A stretch of DNA of 64,000 bases from Burkholderiales bacterium (GCA_027493935.1 JAOSJV010000010.1:654387-718386); one strand, 5' to 3'; positions 43,456-53,630 are shown, numbered from the stretch's first letter. Made by a program: numbers and translations. The notes: a model not told the origin generated them from the letters alone.

Positions 43456-45066
43456 TCAGAACCTGATCGGCTCCCGATACGTGCCGTACACACCGACGAG
43501 CTCGCGCGTGATCTCGCCGACGCTCGCATACGCCTTCACCGCATCGACGATCGCCGGCATCACGTTCGCGCCCGCCTGCGCATCGGCGCGTACCTGCGCG
43601 AGCGCGAGCTTCGCCCGTCCGGCGTCGCGTCGCCCGCGCGCCCGCTCGAGCGCGGCGATCTGCGCGCGCGCATCCTCCTCCTTGTACGGATGCAGCTCGA
43701 CGTGCGGCGCCTCCTCCTCGATGCGGTGTCGGTTCACTCCGGTCTTCGCGAACCGTCCCTGCTCGATCGCGCACTGCATGGCGTAGGCCTGCGCCGACAC
43801 CTGCGCCTGGATCGCCCCCTCGGCGACGAGCTTGACGATTCCGCCACGCGCCTCGACGTCGGCCATGATTTCCTCCATCTTGGCGCGCATCTGGTTGGTG
43901 AGCGTCTCGACGTACCACGACCCGCCGAGAGGATCCACGGTGTCGGTCAGCCCCATCTCGTCGATCAGGAGCTGCATCGTGCGCAGCGAGATGCGCTGCG
44001 CGTACTCGCTCGGAATGGTGTATGCCTCGTCGTAGCAGCAAAGCGCCATCGTCTGCGCACCCGACAGCGCCGCGATCAGCGCGTAGTAGGCGCCCCGCAC
44101 GATGTTGATCTCGGGCTGCTCGAAGGTGAGCCCGCCGCCACCGCCGCCAGCGATCATGCGCAGCCACATCGAGTGCGGATCGGTCGCGCCGTAGTGCTCC
44201 TTGACGATCTTCGCCCACAGGCCGCGGCCGGCGCGGAACTTCGCGACCTGCTCGAAGATGTTGCCGAACACGTTGAAGTTGTACGAGAGCCGGCCGGCGA
44301 ACTCGTCGATCGCCAGGCCGCGCCTGAGCGTCTCGTCGGCGTAGGCCCTCGCGATGCAGAAGGCGAAGGCCATCTCCTGCGCGGGCGTCGCACCCGACTC
44401 GCGCATGTGGTAGCCGCACACCGAGACCGGCGTGTACTTCGGCGCGTATCGCGCGCAGTACTCGATCGTGTCGCCGACGAGCTTCACCGACGGCTCGACC
44501 GGGAAGATCCAGGTGCCGCGGCCGACGAACTCCTTGAGGATGTCGTTCTGCGCCGTGCCGCGGAGCTTCTTCACGTCGTAGCCGCGCTTCTCGGCCATCG
44601 CGAGGTACATCGCGATCAGGATCGCCGCCGCGCCGTTGATCGTGAGCGAGACCGTGATCGCGTCGAGGTCGATCCCCTCGAACGCGGTCTCGAAGTCCTC
44701 GAGCGTGTCGACCGCCATCCCGACGCGCCCGACCTCGCCCTCGGCGAGCGGGTCGTCCGAGTCGAGCCCGATCTGCGTCGGCAGGTCGAAGGCGACGTTG
44801 AGGCCGGTCTGGCCGTTCGCGATCAGGTACTTGAAGCGCTGGTTGGTGTCCGCCGCGTTGCCGAATCCGGTGTACTGGCGCATGGTCCACGGCCGCCTGC
44901 GGTACATCAGCGGGTGGATGCCGCGCGTGTAAGGGTATTCGCCAGGCTGGCCGATCATGCCGAGCCCGCCGGTCGCTTCCACATCGGCCGCGGTGTAGAG
45001 CGGCTTCACCTCGATGCCGGACTCGTTCAGGACGGCGCCCGGCTGCGGGCGGGTCATGTCGTTCAT
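43456..45066 (-). CDS. iaaH: Coenzyme B12-dependent acyl-CoA mutase large subunit, IaaH-like
   Basis: PYTRG, WTMRQYTGFG, AFDLPTQ, QNDILKE, GYHMRE, DPLGGS. Confidence 0.8.
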   Translation of the reverse strand: MNDMTRPQPGAVLNESGIEVKPLYTAADVEATGGLGMIGQPGEYPYTRGIHPLMYRRRPWTMRQYTGFGNAADTNQRFKYLIANGQTGLNVAFDLPTQIGLDSDDPLAEGEVGRVGMAVDTLEDFETAFEGIDLDAITVSLTINGAAAILIAMYLAMAEKRGYDVKKLRGTAQNDILKEFVGRGTWIFPVEPSVKLVGDTIEYCARYAPKYTPVSVCGYHMRESGATPAQEMAFAFCIARAYADETLRRGLAIDEFAGRLSYNFNVFGNIFEQVAKFRAGRGLWAKIVKEHYGATDPHSMWLRMIAGGGGGGLTFEQPEINIVRGAYYALIAALSGAQTMALCCYDEAYTIPSEYAQRISLRTMQLLIDEMGLTDTVDPLGGSWYVETLTNQMRAKMEEIMADVEARGGIVKLVAEGAIQAQVSAQAYAMQCAIEQGRFAKTGVNRHRIEEEAPHVELHPYKEEDARAQIAALERARGRRDAGRAKLALAQVRADAQAGANVMPAIVDAVKAYASVGEITRELVGVYGTYREPIRF

Positions 45067-45458
45067 GCCGCGTTCTCCCGGATGTAATTGACGATGTCGT
45101 CGAGCTTCGCGCCGGTGGGAAAGACGCCGCGGAACCCGAGCGCGCGGAGCTCGTCGTGATCCTGCCGCGGGATGTTGCCGCCGATCATCCAGAGCTTGTC
45201 CGCAAGGCCGTTCGCCTCGAGCAGCGGCTTCAGCTTGCGGCAGAACGGCAGGTGCGCGCCGGCCATGCTCGAGAGCGCGATCACGTCGGCGTCCTCCTCG
45301 AGCGCGATGCGCGCAACCTGCTCGGGCGTCTGCCGGAGGCCCGTGTAGACCACCTCCAAGCCGGCGTCCATCAGCGCGCGCACCACGACCTTCGCGCCTT
45401 GGTCGTGACCGTCCAGGCCCGGCTTCGCCAGCACCACCTTGATCCGCTTACCGCTCAC
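45063..45458 (-). CDS. iaaG: Cobalamin-binding small subunit of the mutase, IaaG-like
   Basis: KPGLDGHDQGAK (DxHxxG), LSS, GG motifs. Confidence 0.8.
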   Translation of the reverse strand: MSGKRIKVVLAKPGLDGHDQGAKVVVRALMDAGLEVVYTGLRQTPEQVARIALEEDADVIALSSMAGAHLPFCRKLKPLLEANGLADKLWMIGGNIPRQDHDELRALGFRGVFPTGAKLDDIVNYIRENAA

Positions 45459-45531
45459 GGCGCGCCCCGGATCCCGCCGCTGCGCGCGGTCCACTGCCTG
45501 CCGCCCGCCGTACAACTTCCGCTGTCCACTT

Positions 45532-46668
45532 TCATCCCTCAGAGACCTCTTTCGCGATGATCAGTTTCAGGATTTCGCTCGTCCCGCCACCGATCAGCGT
45601 GAAGCGCACGTCGCGCAGGTAACGCTGCACCGGGTACTCCATCGCGTAGCCGTAGGAGGCGAGCACGCGCGCCGCCTGGTCGCACACGGCGGCCGCGGTC
45701 TCGGAAGCGAAGAGCTTCGCCATCGCCGCTTCCTTGTGATGCGGGCGGTCGACGTCCTTCAGCCACGCCGCGTAGTAGACGAGCTGCCGCGCCGCCTCGA
45801 GCGGCGTCGCCATCTCGGCGAGCTTGAGCTGGATCGCCTGAAAGCGGTCGATCGGCTTGCCGAACTGCTTGCGTTCGGCCGCGTAGCGGGTGGCCTCGGC
45901 GAGCGCGGCGCGCGCGACGCCGAGCGCGATCGCGCCGGTGATGATGCGGATCTCGGCGAGCAGCCTGCGCAGATGACTCTCGCCGTCGCCCTCCTCGCGC
46001 GAGAGCCGGTGCGAGTGCGGGACGAAGCATTCGTCGAGCGCGAGCTCGGAGGTCGGCAGCGCCCAGACGCCCATCTTCTCGATCGCCCGCCCGATCGCGA
46101 GCCCAGCGAAGGAGCGCTCGACCAGGAAGATCGTGAGCTTCGCCTCCTCGCCCGCGCGCGCGAACACGGTGAAGAAGTCGGCCACCGGGGCCGACGTGAC
46201 CCAGATCTTCTGGCCGGTGAGCACGTAGCCGCCGTCGACCTTGCGCGCGCGCGTGGCGATTCCGCCGAGGTCGGTCCCGGCGTTCGGCTCGGTCATGCAA
46301 ACCGCGCCGACCTTCTCGCCGGCAAGCGCGGGCTTGAACAGCCGCTCGACGATGTCGGCGTTGCCGAGCGTGTGCAGGAACTTGGTGCCCATCAGCGACT
46401 GCATCGCCGCGCACCCGGCGAGCGAGACCGAGCCGCGCGCGACCTCCTCTAGCGCGAGGCAGAAGGTCACCAGGTCGAGTCCGGAGCCGCCGATCTCTTC
46501 CGGGTAGCGGATGCCGAAGAAGCCGAGCCCGGCGAGCTCGCGGAAGAGCGCGCGCGGGAACTCGTGGGCGGCGTCGAGCGCGGCGGCCTGCGGCGCGATG
46601 CGTTCGTCGCAGAACCGCGCGAACACGTCGCGCACCTGCCGCTGCTCGTCGGTCAGCTCGAAGTCCAT
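45532..46668 (-). CDS. iaaF: Acyl-CoA dehydrogenase, IaaF-like
   Basis: MTEPNAGTD, GQKIWVT, RKQFGKPI, IGGGTSEI. Confidence 0.8.
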   Translation of the reverse strand: MDFELTDEQRQVRDVFARFCDERIAPQAAALDAAHEFPRALFRELAGLGFFGIRYPEEIGGSGLDLVTFCLALEEVARGSVSLAGCAAMQSLMGTKFLHTLGNADIVERLFKPALAGEKVGAVCMTEPNAGTDLGGIATRARKVDGGYVLTGQKIWVTSAPVADFFTVFARAGEEAKLTIFLVERSFAGLAIGRAIEKMGVWALPTSELALDECFVPHSHRLSREEGDGESHLRRLLAEIRIITGAIALGVARAALAEATRYAAERKQFGKPIDRFQAIQLKLAEMATPLEAARQLVYYAAWLKDVDRPHHKEAAMAKLFASETAAAVCDQAARVLASYGYAMEYPVQRYLRDVRFTLIGGGTSEILKLIIAKEVSEG

Positions 46669-46690
46669 TGTCCCGGTGCTTCATCCATTT

Positions 46691-46803
46691 TCCCCTCCTC
46701 GCCGAAGAGGGGGGGCCGCGCAAGCGGCCGGGGTGGTGTCTGCGTCTGCCGCTTCCACAACCACCCCGCCGGCTTCGCCGGCACCCCTTGGAAGGGAGGG
46801 GAA
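46691..46803. repeat. Palindromic repeat family 2, copy 2 (inverted relative to 20849-20956)
   Basis: Shares ACCACCCCGCCGGCTTCGCCGGCACCCCT with the reverse complement of copy 1; TCCCCTCC/GGAGGGGA ends. Confidence 0.7.
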
Positions 46804-46841
46804 CGGCATACCGCCGCGCTGCAATCCTCAATGTCGACTCC

Positions 46842-48536
46842 TCACCCTTCACCCCTCGCTCCCCACTCTCTCAGTCCGTAGATCTCGCGCGCGGCGCGAT
46901 CGGAGATGACGCCGTTGCGCAGCTCCTTCTTCACCAGCGCTCGGTCGCGCTTTGCCGGGTCGCCGTAGCCGCCGCCGCCGCCCGCCTGCTGGTGGTAGAT
47001 CGTGCCCTTCGGCACGCCCGTGATGAGGTCCTTGTTCTTCGGCGTCACCTCGCGCCCGTCCGGGTACCGCAGCTTGATGAAGTTGAGCGTCCCGTCGCCG
47101 CCGCCGAACAGGCCGAACGCGGGCTCGAAGTCGCCGTCGCCGAAGGTGACGAGCTGGGTGTCCTCCGAGCCGATCTCGAACACCGTCTCGACGCCGAGGC
47201 CGCCGCGCCATTGCCCGACGCCGGCCGAGTCGGTGATGTATTCGTGCCGCAGCAGCCGGTGCGGGGTCTGCTGCTCGAACATCTCGTAGTCCTGGTCGAG
47301 CACGCCGCCCGAGGCGTCGATCATGCCGATATGGTCGTAGCCGTCGGTGCCGAGCATCGCGCCCGAGCCGCCCTTCAGCCCCATGAATCCGATGTCGACG
47401 TAGGGCTCGCGCTTCTCCGGATCGAGCCCGGTGGTGAGCGAGCAGAGCAGGTTGTTCCAGCCCGCGGTCACGCGGTCGGGCATCACCGACGCGAGCGCGC
47501 GCTGGATCGCGTCGGCGTTCGGCGGGCACAGGTGATTGCCGAAGGTGGTCGCCTTGGGGTAGGCGGCGTTGAGGATCGTGCCCTCGGGGATCACGATCTC
47601 GATCGGCTCGACCATGCCCTCGTTGTGAGGAATGTCCGGGTTCACCATCTGCAGCAGCGTGAGGATCGTCGCCGAGGCGCTCGAAGTGAACGTGCCGTTC
47701 ACGAACCCGTTGGTCTGCGCGTCGGTGCGCGAGTAGTCGAAGCGGATCGAGCGGTCCCGCACGTCGATGTCGACGCGGATGGTGAATTTCGTGCCGGGAT
47801 GGCGGCCGTCGTAGTAGACGTAGCCCTCGCCGGAGTAGCGGCCGTTCGGGATCTTCTCGATCTCGGCCTCCATCATCCTGCGCGTCGCCTCGAACAGCGC
47901 CTGCTTGTGCGTCTCGAAGCTCTCCAGGCCGTACTTGCGGATGAGGTCGAGCACCCGTCGCTCGCCGACCCTGCACGCGCCGATCTCGGCCTTCATGTCG
48001 TGCTGGACGATGTCCAGGCGGATGTTGGCAAAGATCAGCTCCCAGACGTCCTTGCGCAGCCGGCCCTTGTCGTAGACCTTCACCGGCGGGATGCGCAGCG
48101 CCTCCTGCCAGACCTCGACCGCGTTCGGGTTGTAGCCGCCGCGCACCGCGCCGCCGATGTCGGCCTGGTGGCCCTTCACCGCGGTCCACGCGACGAGCCT
48201 GCCTTCGTGGAACACAGGCGTGTACACCGCGACGTCGTTGTTCTGGTTGCCGAGGCTGAAGACGTCGTTGTGGAAGATGACGTCGCCCGGATGGATGTCG
48301 TCGCCGAAGTACTTGATGATGTACTTGCACACCGGCGCGAGCGAGAAGGCGAGGATCGGCAGGTTCTCGGTCTGCTCGAGCATGCGCCCCTCGGCGTCGT
48401 ACAGCCCGGTCACGTAGTCCTTCGCCTCGCACAGGATCGGCGAGCGCGTGGTCTTCTCCATCGAGATCGACATCTCGTCGGTGATCGACCTGAAGGTGCG
48501 CGCATACACGGAAAGCAGGATCGGATCGATACTCAT
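46842..48536 (-). CDS. iaaE: Hydantoinase B/oxoprolinase family, IaaE-like
   Basis: HQADIGG, WQEALRIPP, DSAGVGQWRGG, GGGGGYGDP. Confidence 0.8.
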   Translation of the reverse strand: MSIDPILLSVYARTFRSITDEMSISMEKTTRSPILCEAKDYVTGLYDAEGRMLEQTENLPILAFSLAPVCKYIIKYFGDDIHPGDVIFHNDVFSLGNQNNDVAVYTPVFHEGRLVAWTAVKGHQADIGGAVRGGYNPNAVEVWQEALRIPPVKVYDKGRLRKDVWELIFANIRLDIVQHDMKAEIGACRVGERRVLDLIRKYGLESFETHKQALFEATRRMMEAEIEKIPNGRYSGEGYVYYDGRHPGTKFTIRVDIDVRDRSIRFDYSRTDAQTNGFVNGTFTSSASATILTLLQMVNPDIPHNEGMVEPIEIVIPEGTILNAAYPKATTFGNHLCPPNADAIQRALASVMPDRVTAGWNNLLCSLTTGLDPEKREPYVDIGFMGLKGGSGAMLGTDGYDHIGMIDASGGVLDQDYEMFEQQTPHRLLRHEYITDSAGVGQWRGGLGVETVFEIGSEDTQLVTFGDGDFEPAFGLFGGGDGTLNFIKLRYPDGREVTPKNKDLITGVPKGTIYHQQAGGGGGYGDPAKRDRALVKKELRNGVISDRAAREIYGLREWGARGEG

Positions 48537-48538
48537 GC

Positions 48539-48643
48539 GTCATTCCCCGCTGTGTCGCCATTCCCCGCGGTGCCGCCATTCCCGCGCAAGCCGGAATCCA
48601 TTTGCGGCGCGGCTTCGCGGCCTCCCGCCGACGCGGGAGCGAC
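48539..48643. repeat. REP/dRS3-like cluster between hydantoinase A and B
   Basis: Three G(T/C)CATTCCC starts ending in CATTCCCGCGCAAGCCGGAATCCA, then an inverted partner CTCCCGCCGACGCGGGAG. Confidence 0.65.
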
Positions 48644-48674
48644 GTGCCACATGCGCTCGTTCATCGCGTGCTCC

Positions 48675-50792
48675 TCAGGCAACCGCTTCTTCGGCGCGCA
48701 GGCGCACGAGATCCTCGCGTCCCTTGCGGTACACGGCAAACGATCCCAGCGCATCGACCGCGCAGTCGTAGCCGGCCGAAACGAAAACCGCGGTGGTGAT
48801 CTCCTCGACCATCGCCGGCCCCGCAATGCGGTTGCCGTAGCGCAGCCGATGGCCGTCGTAGACCGGCACCGGCTGGAACTGCTTCGTCTCCGGGATGTAC
48901 ATGCTGCGCCGGCCCTTGAGCGCGTGCGCGGCGTCCTCGCCACCCCACGCTTCCGCGCGGTAGCGCGGGCGCGCGGTTTCGCCGACCGCCTGCACGCGCA
49001 CGTTGATGATCTCGACCGGCGTCCCCTCCTCGGCGAGCGCATAGCCGTAGAGCCGCTCGTGCTCGACGTGGAATGCGCGCGCGATCGCGTCGGCGTCGCG
49101 TCGCGCGATCGCCGCTTCCGGCACCGCGAACGAGACTTCGTGGTACTGCTTGATGTAGCGGCAGTCGAGCTTCACGTGCGCGCGCCGCCGCGCCTCGGGC
49201 ACTCCCTCCTCGGCGAGCAGGCGCGCGCCTTCGGCGGCCATCTCGTCGACCATGCGCGCCAGGCGCGCCCAATCGAGGCTTTCCAGCCGCCCGACGAAGG
49301 TGCGCACGAAGTCGTGCTTGAGGTCGGAGAGCAGCATGCCGAACGCGCACAGGACCGAGCTCTCGCGCGGCACGATCTGCAGCGGAATCTCGAGCTCGGA
49401 TGCGATCAGGCAGGAGTGGATCGGCCCCGCGCCGCCGGCCGCGACGAGCGGGAACTCGCGCGGGTCGAAGCCGCGCTTGATCGTCACCTCGCGCACGCCC
49501 TGCGCCATGTTGTTGCACACGACGCGGTACATGCCGGCCGCCGCCTCCTCGACCGCGAGCCCCATCGGCCCGGCCACGTGCGCCTCGATCGCCCGCCGCG
49601 CGGCAGCCGCGTCGAGCCGCATCTTGCCGCCAGCGAAGTACCCGGGATCGAGGTAGCCGAGCACGAGGTTCGCGTCGGTGGTCGTCGGCAGCGCGCCGCC
49701 CTTGCCGTAGCAGGCCGGGCCCGGATCGGCGCCCGCGCTCGCCGGTCCCATGCGCAGCAAGCCGCCCTCGTCGATCCAGCCGATCGAGCCGCCGCCGGCG
49801 CCGATCGTGTGGATGTCGAGCATCGGCAGCGCGGTCTTCAGCCGCGCGATCTCGCCCTCGGTCACGAGCATCGGCGCGCCGACCGCGACGGAGGCCTCGA
49901 AGCTGGTGCCGCCCATGTCCACCGTGATCGCCAGGTCGCGCCCGTGCGCGCCGGCGTAGAACAGCCCGGCGCCGGGGCCGCCGGCCGGGCCGGAGAGCAG
50001 CGTGAGCGCGGCCTTCTCGCGCGCGACCTGCGGCGTGACGACGCCGCCGTTTGACTGCATGATGAGCAGCGCGCCGCGGAAGCCCGCCTCCTTCAGCCGG
50101 CCGACGAGCTGGTCGAGGTACCGGTTGAGCTTCGGACCGACGTACGAGTTGAGCGCGGTCGTGGACACGCGCTCGTAGAAGCGGATCGAGGGCAGGAGGT
50201 CGGCGGACACCGTGAGGTAGGCGCCCGGCAGCGCCTTGCGCACGAGCTCGGCGGCCGCGTGCTCGTGCGCCGGATTCGCGAAGGCGTTCATGAAGCAGAT
50301 CGACACGGCCTCGACGCCCTCGGCGCGGAACAGGTCGATCGCCGCACGCACGTCCTCGACCGCGAGCGGCTCGACCTCGCACCCGGTGCGGTCGAGCCGG
50401 CCGCCGACGCCGGCGCGCAGGTAGCGCGGCACCAGGGGCTCGATGTTGGTATAGCGGTTGTTGTACTGCTCCTCGCGGATGCCGCGGCGCATCTCGAGCG
50501 CGTCGCGCACCCCGCGCGTGGTGATCAGGCCGGACTTGGCACCGGTGCGCGTGAGCACCGCGTTCGTCGCGACAGTGGTGCCGTGCACGATGGTGTCGAT
50601 CGCCGGCGCGAACGCCGCGAGCGGCTGCGGCGGATCCTGGCTCGCCGCGATCTCGGCCAGCCCTTCGACCACGGCAATCGACGGGTCGGCCGGCGTCGAA
50701 AGCGTCTTGTGGATCGCGGGCTCGGCGCCGTCGCGCGTCACGATGAAGTCGGTGAACGTTCCACCCACGTCTATGCCGATCTTGAGGCTCAT
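48675..50792 (-). CDS. iaaC: Hydantoinase A/oxoprolinase family (ATP-dependent), IaaC-like
   Basis: IDVGGTFTD, HGTTVATN, LSGPAGG, DMGGTS, GAGGGS, GADPGPACY. Confidence 0.8.
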   Translation of the reverse strand: MSLKIGIDVGGTFTDFIVTRDGAEPAIHKTLSTPADPSIAVVEGLAEIAASQDPPQPLAAFAPAIDTIVHGTTVATNAVLTRTGAKSGLITTRGVRDALEMRRGIREEQYNNRYTNIEPLVPRYLRAGVGGRLDRTGCEVEPLAVEDVRAAIDLFRAEGVEAVSICFMNAFANPAHEHAAAELVRKALPGAYLTVSADLLPSIRFYERVSTTALNSYVGPKLNRYLDQLVGRLKEAGFRGALLIMQSNGGVVTPQVAREKAALTLLSGPAGGPGAGLFYAGAHGRDLAITVDMGGTSFEASVAVGAPMLVTEGEIARLKTALPMLDIHTIGAGGGSIGWIDEGGLLRMGPASAGADPGPACYGKGGALPTTTDANLVLGYLDPGYFAGGKMRLDAAAARRAIEAHVAGPMGLAVEEAAAGMYRVVCNNMAQGVREVTIKRGFDPREFPLVAAGGAGPIHSCLIASELEIPLQIVPRESSVLCAFGMLLSDLKHDFVRTFVGRLESLDWARLARMVDEMAAEGARLLAEEGVPEARRRAHVKLDCRYIKQYHEVSFAVPEAAIARRDADAIARAFHVEHERLYGYALAEEGTPVEIINVRVQAVGETARPRYRAEAWGGEDAAHALKGRRSMYIPETKQFQPVPVYDGHRLRYGNRIAGPAMVEEITTAVFVSAGYDCAVDALGSFAVYRKGREDLVRLRAEEAVA

Positions 50793-52321
50793 GCCATCGC
50801 TCCTTTGCGCGCCGCGTCCATCGCGATCTCGCGCACGTCCGCCTTCTGCACCTTGCCGAGCGCGGTGCGCGGGAGGGCGTCGACGAAGATCACCGCGCGC
50901 GGGTGCTTGTACCGCGCCACCCTTCCTTCGAGCAGGGCGAGCACCTCGTGCGCCTCGAGCCTGCGGCCGGCCTTGGGCACGACCACCGCCACTACCGCCT
51001 CGCCCCAGCGCTCGTCGGGACGCCCGACCACCGCGACCTCGGCGATCGCGTCGTGCTCCGCGAGCACGTTCTCGATCTCGGCCGGATACACGTTCTCGCC
51101 GCCCGAGATGATCATGTCCTTGATGCGCCCGTCGACGGTGAGCCAGCCCTCGTCGTCGAAGTGGCCGACGTCGCCGGTATGGAACCAGCCGTCGCGCAGC
51201 GCCGCTTCACTCGCAGCGGGGTCACCCCAGTACCCGGCCATGACGTTCGGGCCGCGCACGACGATCTCGCCGCTCGCTGCGGCGGGCACGTCGTTGCCGG
51301 CCGCGTCGACCACCCGGCACTCGCAGTGGGGCGCGGCCCGGCCCGCCGAGCCCGCCTTGCGCCGTGCTTCGGCGGCGCGCACGTAGGTGGCGATCGGCGC
51401 GGTCTCGGTCGAGCCGTACACCGACACGAGCGGGACGCCGCGCGCGTGCACGCGCTCGTAGTCGCGCGGCGGCACGATCTGCGAGCCGGTGGTGATCATG
51501 CGCAGGCTGCCGAGATCGGCCTGCGACCAGCGCGGGTGCGCGGCGAGCGCGGCGATCTGCGCCGGCACCAGCACCGTCAGGGTAATGCGCTCGCGCTCGA
51601 TCGCCTCGAGCGTCGCGCCCGGATCGAACTTCGGGTGCAGCGTGACCGTCGCGCCCGCGTGCAGCGCCGGCAGCGTCAGGATGTTCAGGCCGCCGACGTG
51701 GAACAGCGGCAGCGTGGTCAGCACCCGGTCGGTGCTCGCCAGGTCGTGCATGTGCGTGCTGTTCACCGCGTTGTAGAAAAGCGCGGACTGGCTGAGCACC
51801 ACGCCCTTCGGCCGGCCGGTCGAGCCCGAGGTGTAGGAGATCAGCACCGGGCTGTCGTCGTGCGCCGATGCGGCCGGCACCGCGCGGCCCGCACCCGCGG
51901 CGAGAAAGTCCTCGTAGCGCTCCCAGCCTGCGGCCGCGCCCAGGGCGACGAAGCGCATGGGCGCGAGGCTGGCGCGTACGCCGTCGATCGCGGCTGCGAA
52001 CGCGGGCTCGGCAACGAGCAGCCTCGGCGCGCAGTCGGCGAGCGTCGCCCGGTGCTCGGGCGGCGCGAGGCGCCAGTTGAGCGGCACGCACAGCGCCCCC
52101 AGGCGCGCGCAGGCGAAGAGGAGCGCGAGCGCCTCCGGGTTGTTTAGGCCGAGGAACGCCGCGCGGTCGCCCGCGCCGAGGCCCGCGGCGTCGAGCGCGC
52201 CCGCCAGCGCGTCAATCTTGCGCGCGAGCCCGGCGTACGAGATGTCCTGCCCCTCGAAGCGCAGCGCGGGCTTCGTCGGCGCGAAGCCCGCGTTGGCGTG
52301 GATCCAGCGCGCGAGATCCAT
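50789..52321 (-). CDS. iaaB: AMP-forming acyl-CoA ligase, IaaB-like
   Basis: YTSGSTGRPKG, YGSTET, TGD, GRIKDMIISGGENVYP, GKVQK. Confidence 0.8.
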   Translation of the reverse strand: MDLARWIHANAGFAPTKPALRFEGQDISYAGLARKIDALAGALDAAGLGAGDRAAFLGLNNPEALALLFACARLGALCVPLNWRLAPPEHRATLADCAPRLLVAEPAFAAAIDGVRASLAPMRFVALGAAAGWERYEDFLAAGAGRAVPAASAHDDSPVLISYTSGSTGRPKGVVLSQSALFYNAVNSTHMHDLASTDRVLTTLPLFHVGGLNILTLPALHAGATVTLHPKFDPGATLEAIERERITLTVLVPAQIAALAAHPRWSQADLGSLRMITTGSQIVPPRDYERVHARGVPLVSVYGSTETAPIATYVRAAEARRKAGSAGRAAPHCECRVVDAAGNDVPAAASGEIVVRGPNVMAGYWGDPAASEAALRDGWFHTGDVGHFDDEGWLTVDGRIKDMIISGGENVYPAEIENVLAEHDAIAEVAVVGRPDERWGEAVVAVVVPKAGRRLEAHEVLALLEGRVARYKHPRAVIFVDALPRTALGKVQKADVREIAMDAARKGAMA

Positions 52322-52420
52322 GGCCTAGGCCCGACCTCCGGCTCGTCCCTTCCCCTGGAGCGGCGCGGCCGAGGCAGGGGGTGCCGACGCGCTGACGTGC
52401 AACGAGCGGACCATCGCCGA

Positions 52421-53630
52421 TCACCCCGCGTCGCCGACTTCCACGACGATCGCCATGCCGGTGTCGCCGGCCGCGCAGCCGGAAAATAGACCCCAGCCGC
52501 CGCCGCGCAGTGCGAGCTCCTCGATGAGCTCGATCACCGACCGCGTACCCATCGGCGCCTGCGGGTGTCCCCAGACGAGCGACGAGCCGTAGTTGTTCAT
52601 CTGCCGGAGGTCCGCCCCGGTGACCTTCGCGAACAGGAGATCGTTCACCGCGAACGGATTGTGGGTCTTGATCGCATCCATCTGGCCGATCGTGCGGCCG
52701 GCCTGAGCGAGCGCGCGCTCGGCGGCGGGCGCGACCGCCTCGGGCATGTAGGCGAGCTCGGCCCGCGCCTGACCGATGCCATGGACGCGCACCACGATCT
52801 TCGGATCGCGCGCGAGCTCGCGGGCGCGCTCGGGCGTAGCGAGCACGATCGCGGCGCTGCCGTCGGCAGGATGGGTCTGGCCGCCGAAGGTCACGGTGCC
52901 GTTCGGCAGGACCGGCTTGAGCTTGGCGAGACCCTCGGCCGTGGACATGTTGACCCCTTCGTCGCCTTCGAGCACCGCGGCGGTCTTCTTGAACCCCGGC
53001 GCCGGCACCTCGAACGGCAGCGTCATGTAGCGCTTCAGGAAAGCGTTGCCGTCGGCCGTCGCCATCCGGTACTGCTCCTCGCGCCGCAGGACGAGCTCGT
53101 GCTGCTCGGCGGTATTGAAGCGGTGACGCGCCGCCACGTTCTCGGCGGTCTGGATCATCGCGTGCGGCCCGAGCGGATCGCAGTTGAAATTGTCCATCAC
53201 CCAATCCTCGTGCGCGCCGGTGCCGCCCGGCCCCTTCGGATTCGGGTAGTAGAGGTGCGGCCCGTTCGAGGTGCGGTCGCAGGTCGCGGCGAGCGCGGTG
53301 CGCGCGGCGCCGGTCTCAATCTCCTGCACGACCGTCGCGATGGTGCGCACGCCGGTCGCGCACGCCTGCATGACGGTCGGCCCGCCGACGCGGCCCATGC
53401 CGACCAAGCCGGTGAACCAGGGCGTGCCGAAGAACGAGTGCTTCTGCGGAACCGGAGATGCCGAGCGCGGCGAAGTCGAACGCCTCGGCCGGGATGCTGC
53501 GCTTCGCGAGCTCCAGGCGCGCGACGTGGGCGGCGAACTCGATCGAGGGCAGGTTGGCGAGCGCGCCCTGCCAGCGCGCAAACGGCGTGCTCCAGTAGGC
53601 GCCGTAGGGGATCTGTGCCTTATAGGCCAT
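52421..53630 (-). CDS. iaaA: Thiolase family protein, IaaA-like (frameshift at ~53452)
   Basis: QACATG catalytic Cys, KTHNPF, GHPQAPMG, GCAAGDTG; N-terminus in 53316..53630. Confidence 0.8.

Noticed and set aside
48539-48600. CRISPR-like short repeats
   Set aside because: Only three degenerate units with ~17-bp spacing, no spacer-length unique sequences and no cas genes; they belong to the REP family.
38541-50054. Very long + strand ORFs (1197 aa and 1128 aa) and similar overlapping ORFs elsewhere
   Set aside because: They are antisense shadows of real genes, expected in high-GC DNA, and carry no recognisable motifs.
46842-50792. Acetone or acetophenone carboxylase
   Set aside because: No gamma or other extra subunits are present, and the neighbours fit lactam ring opening in the iaa pathway.
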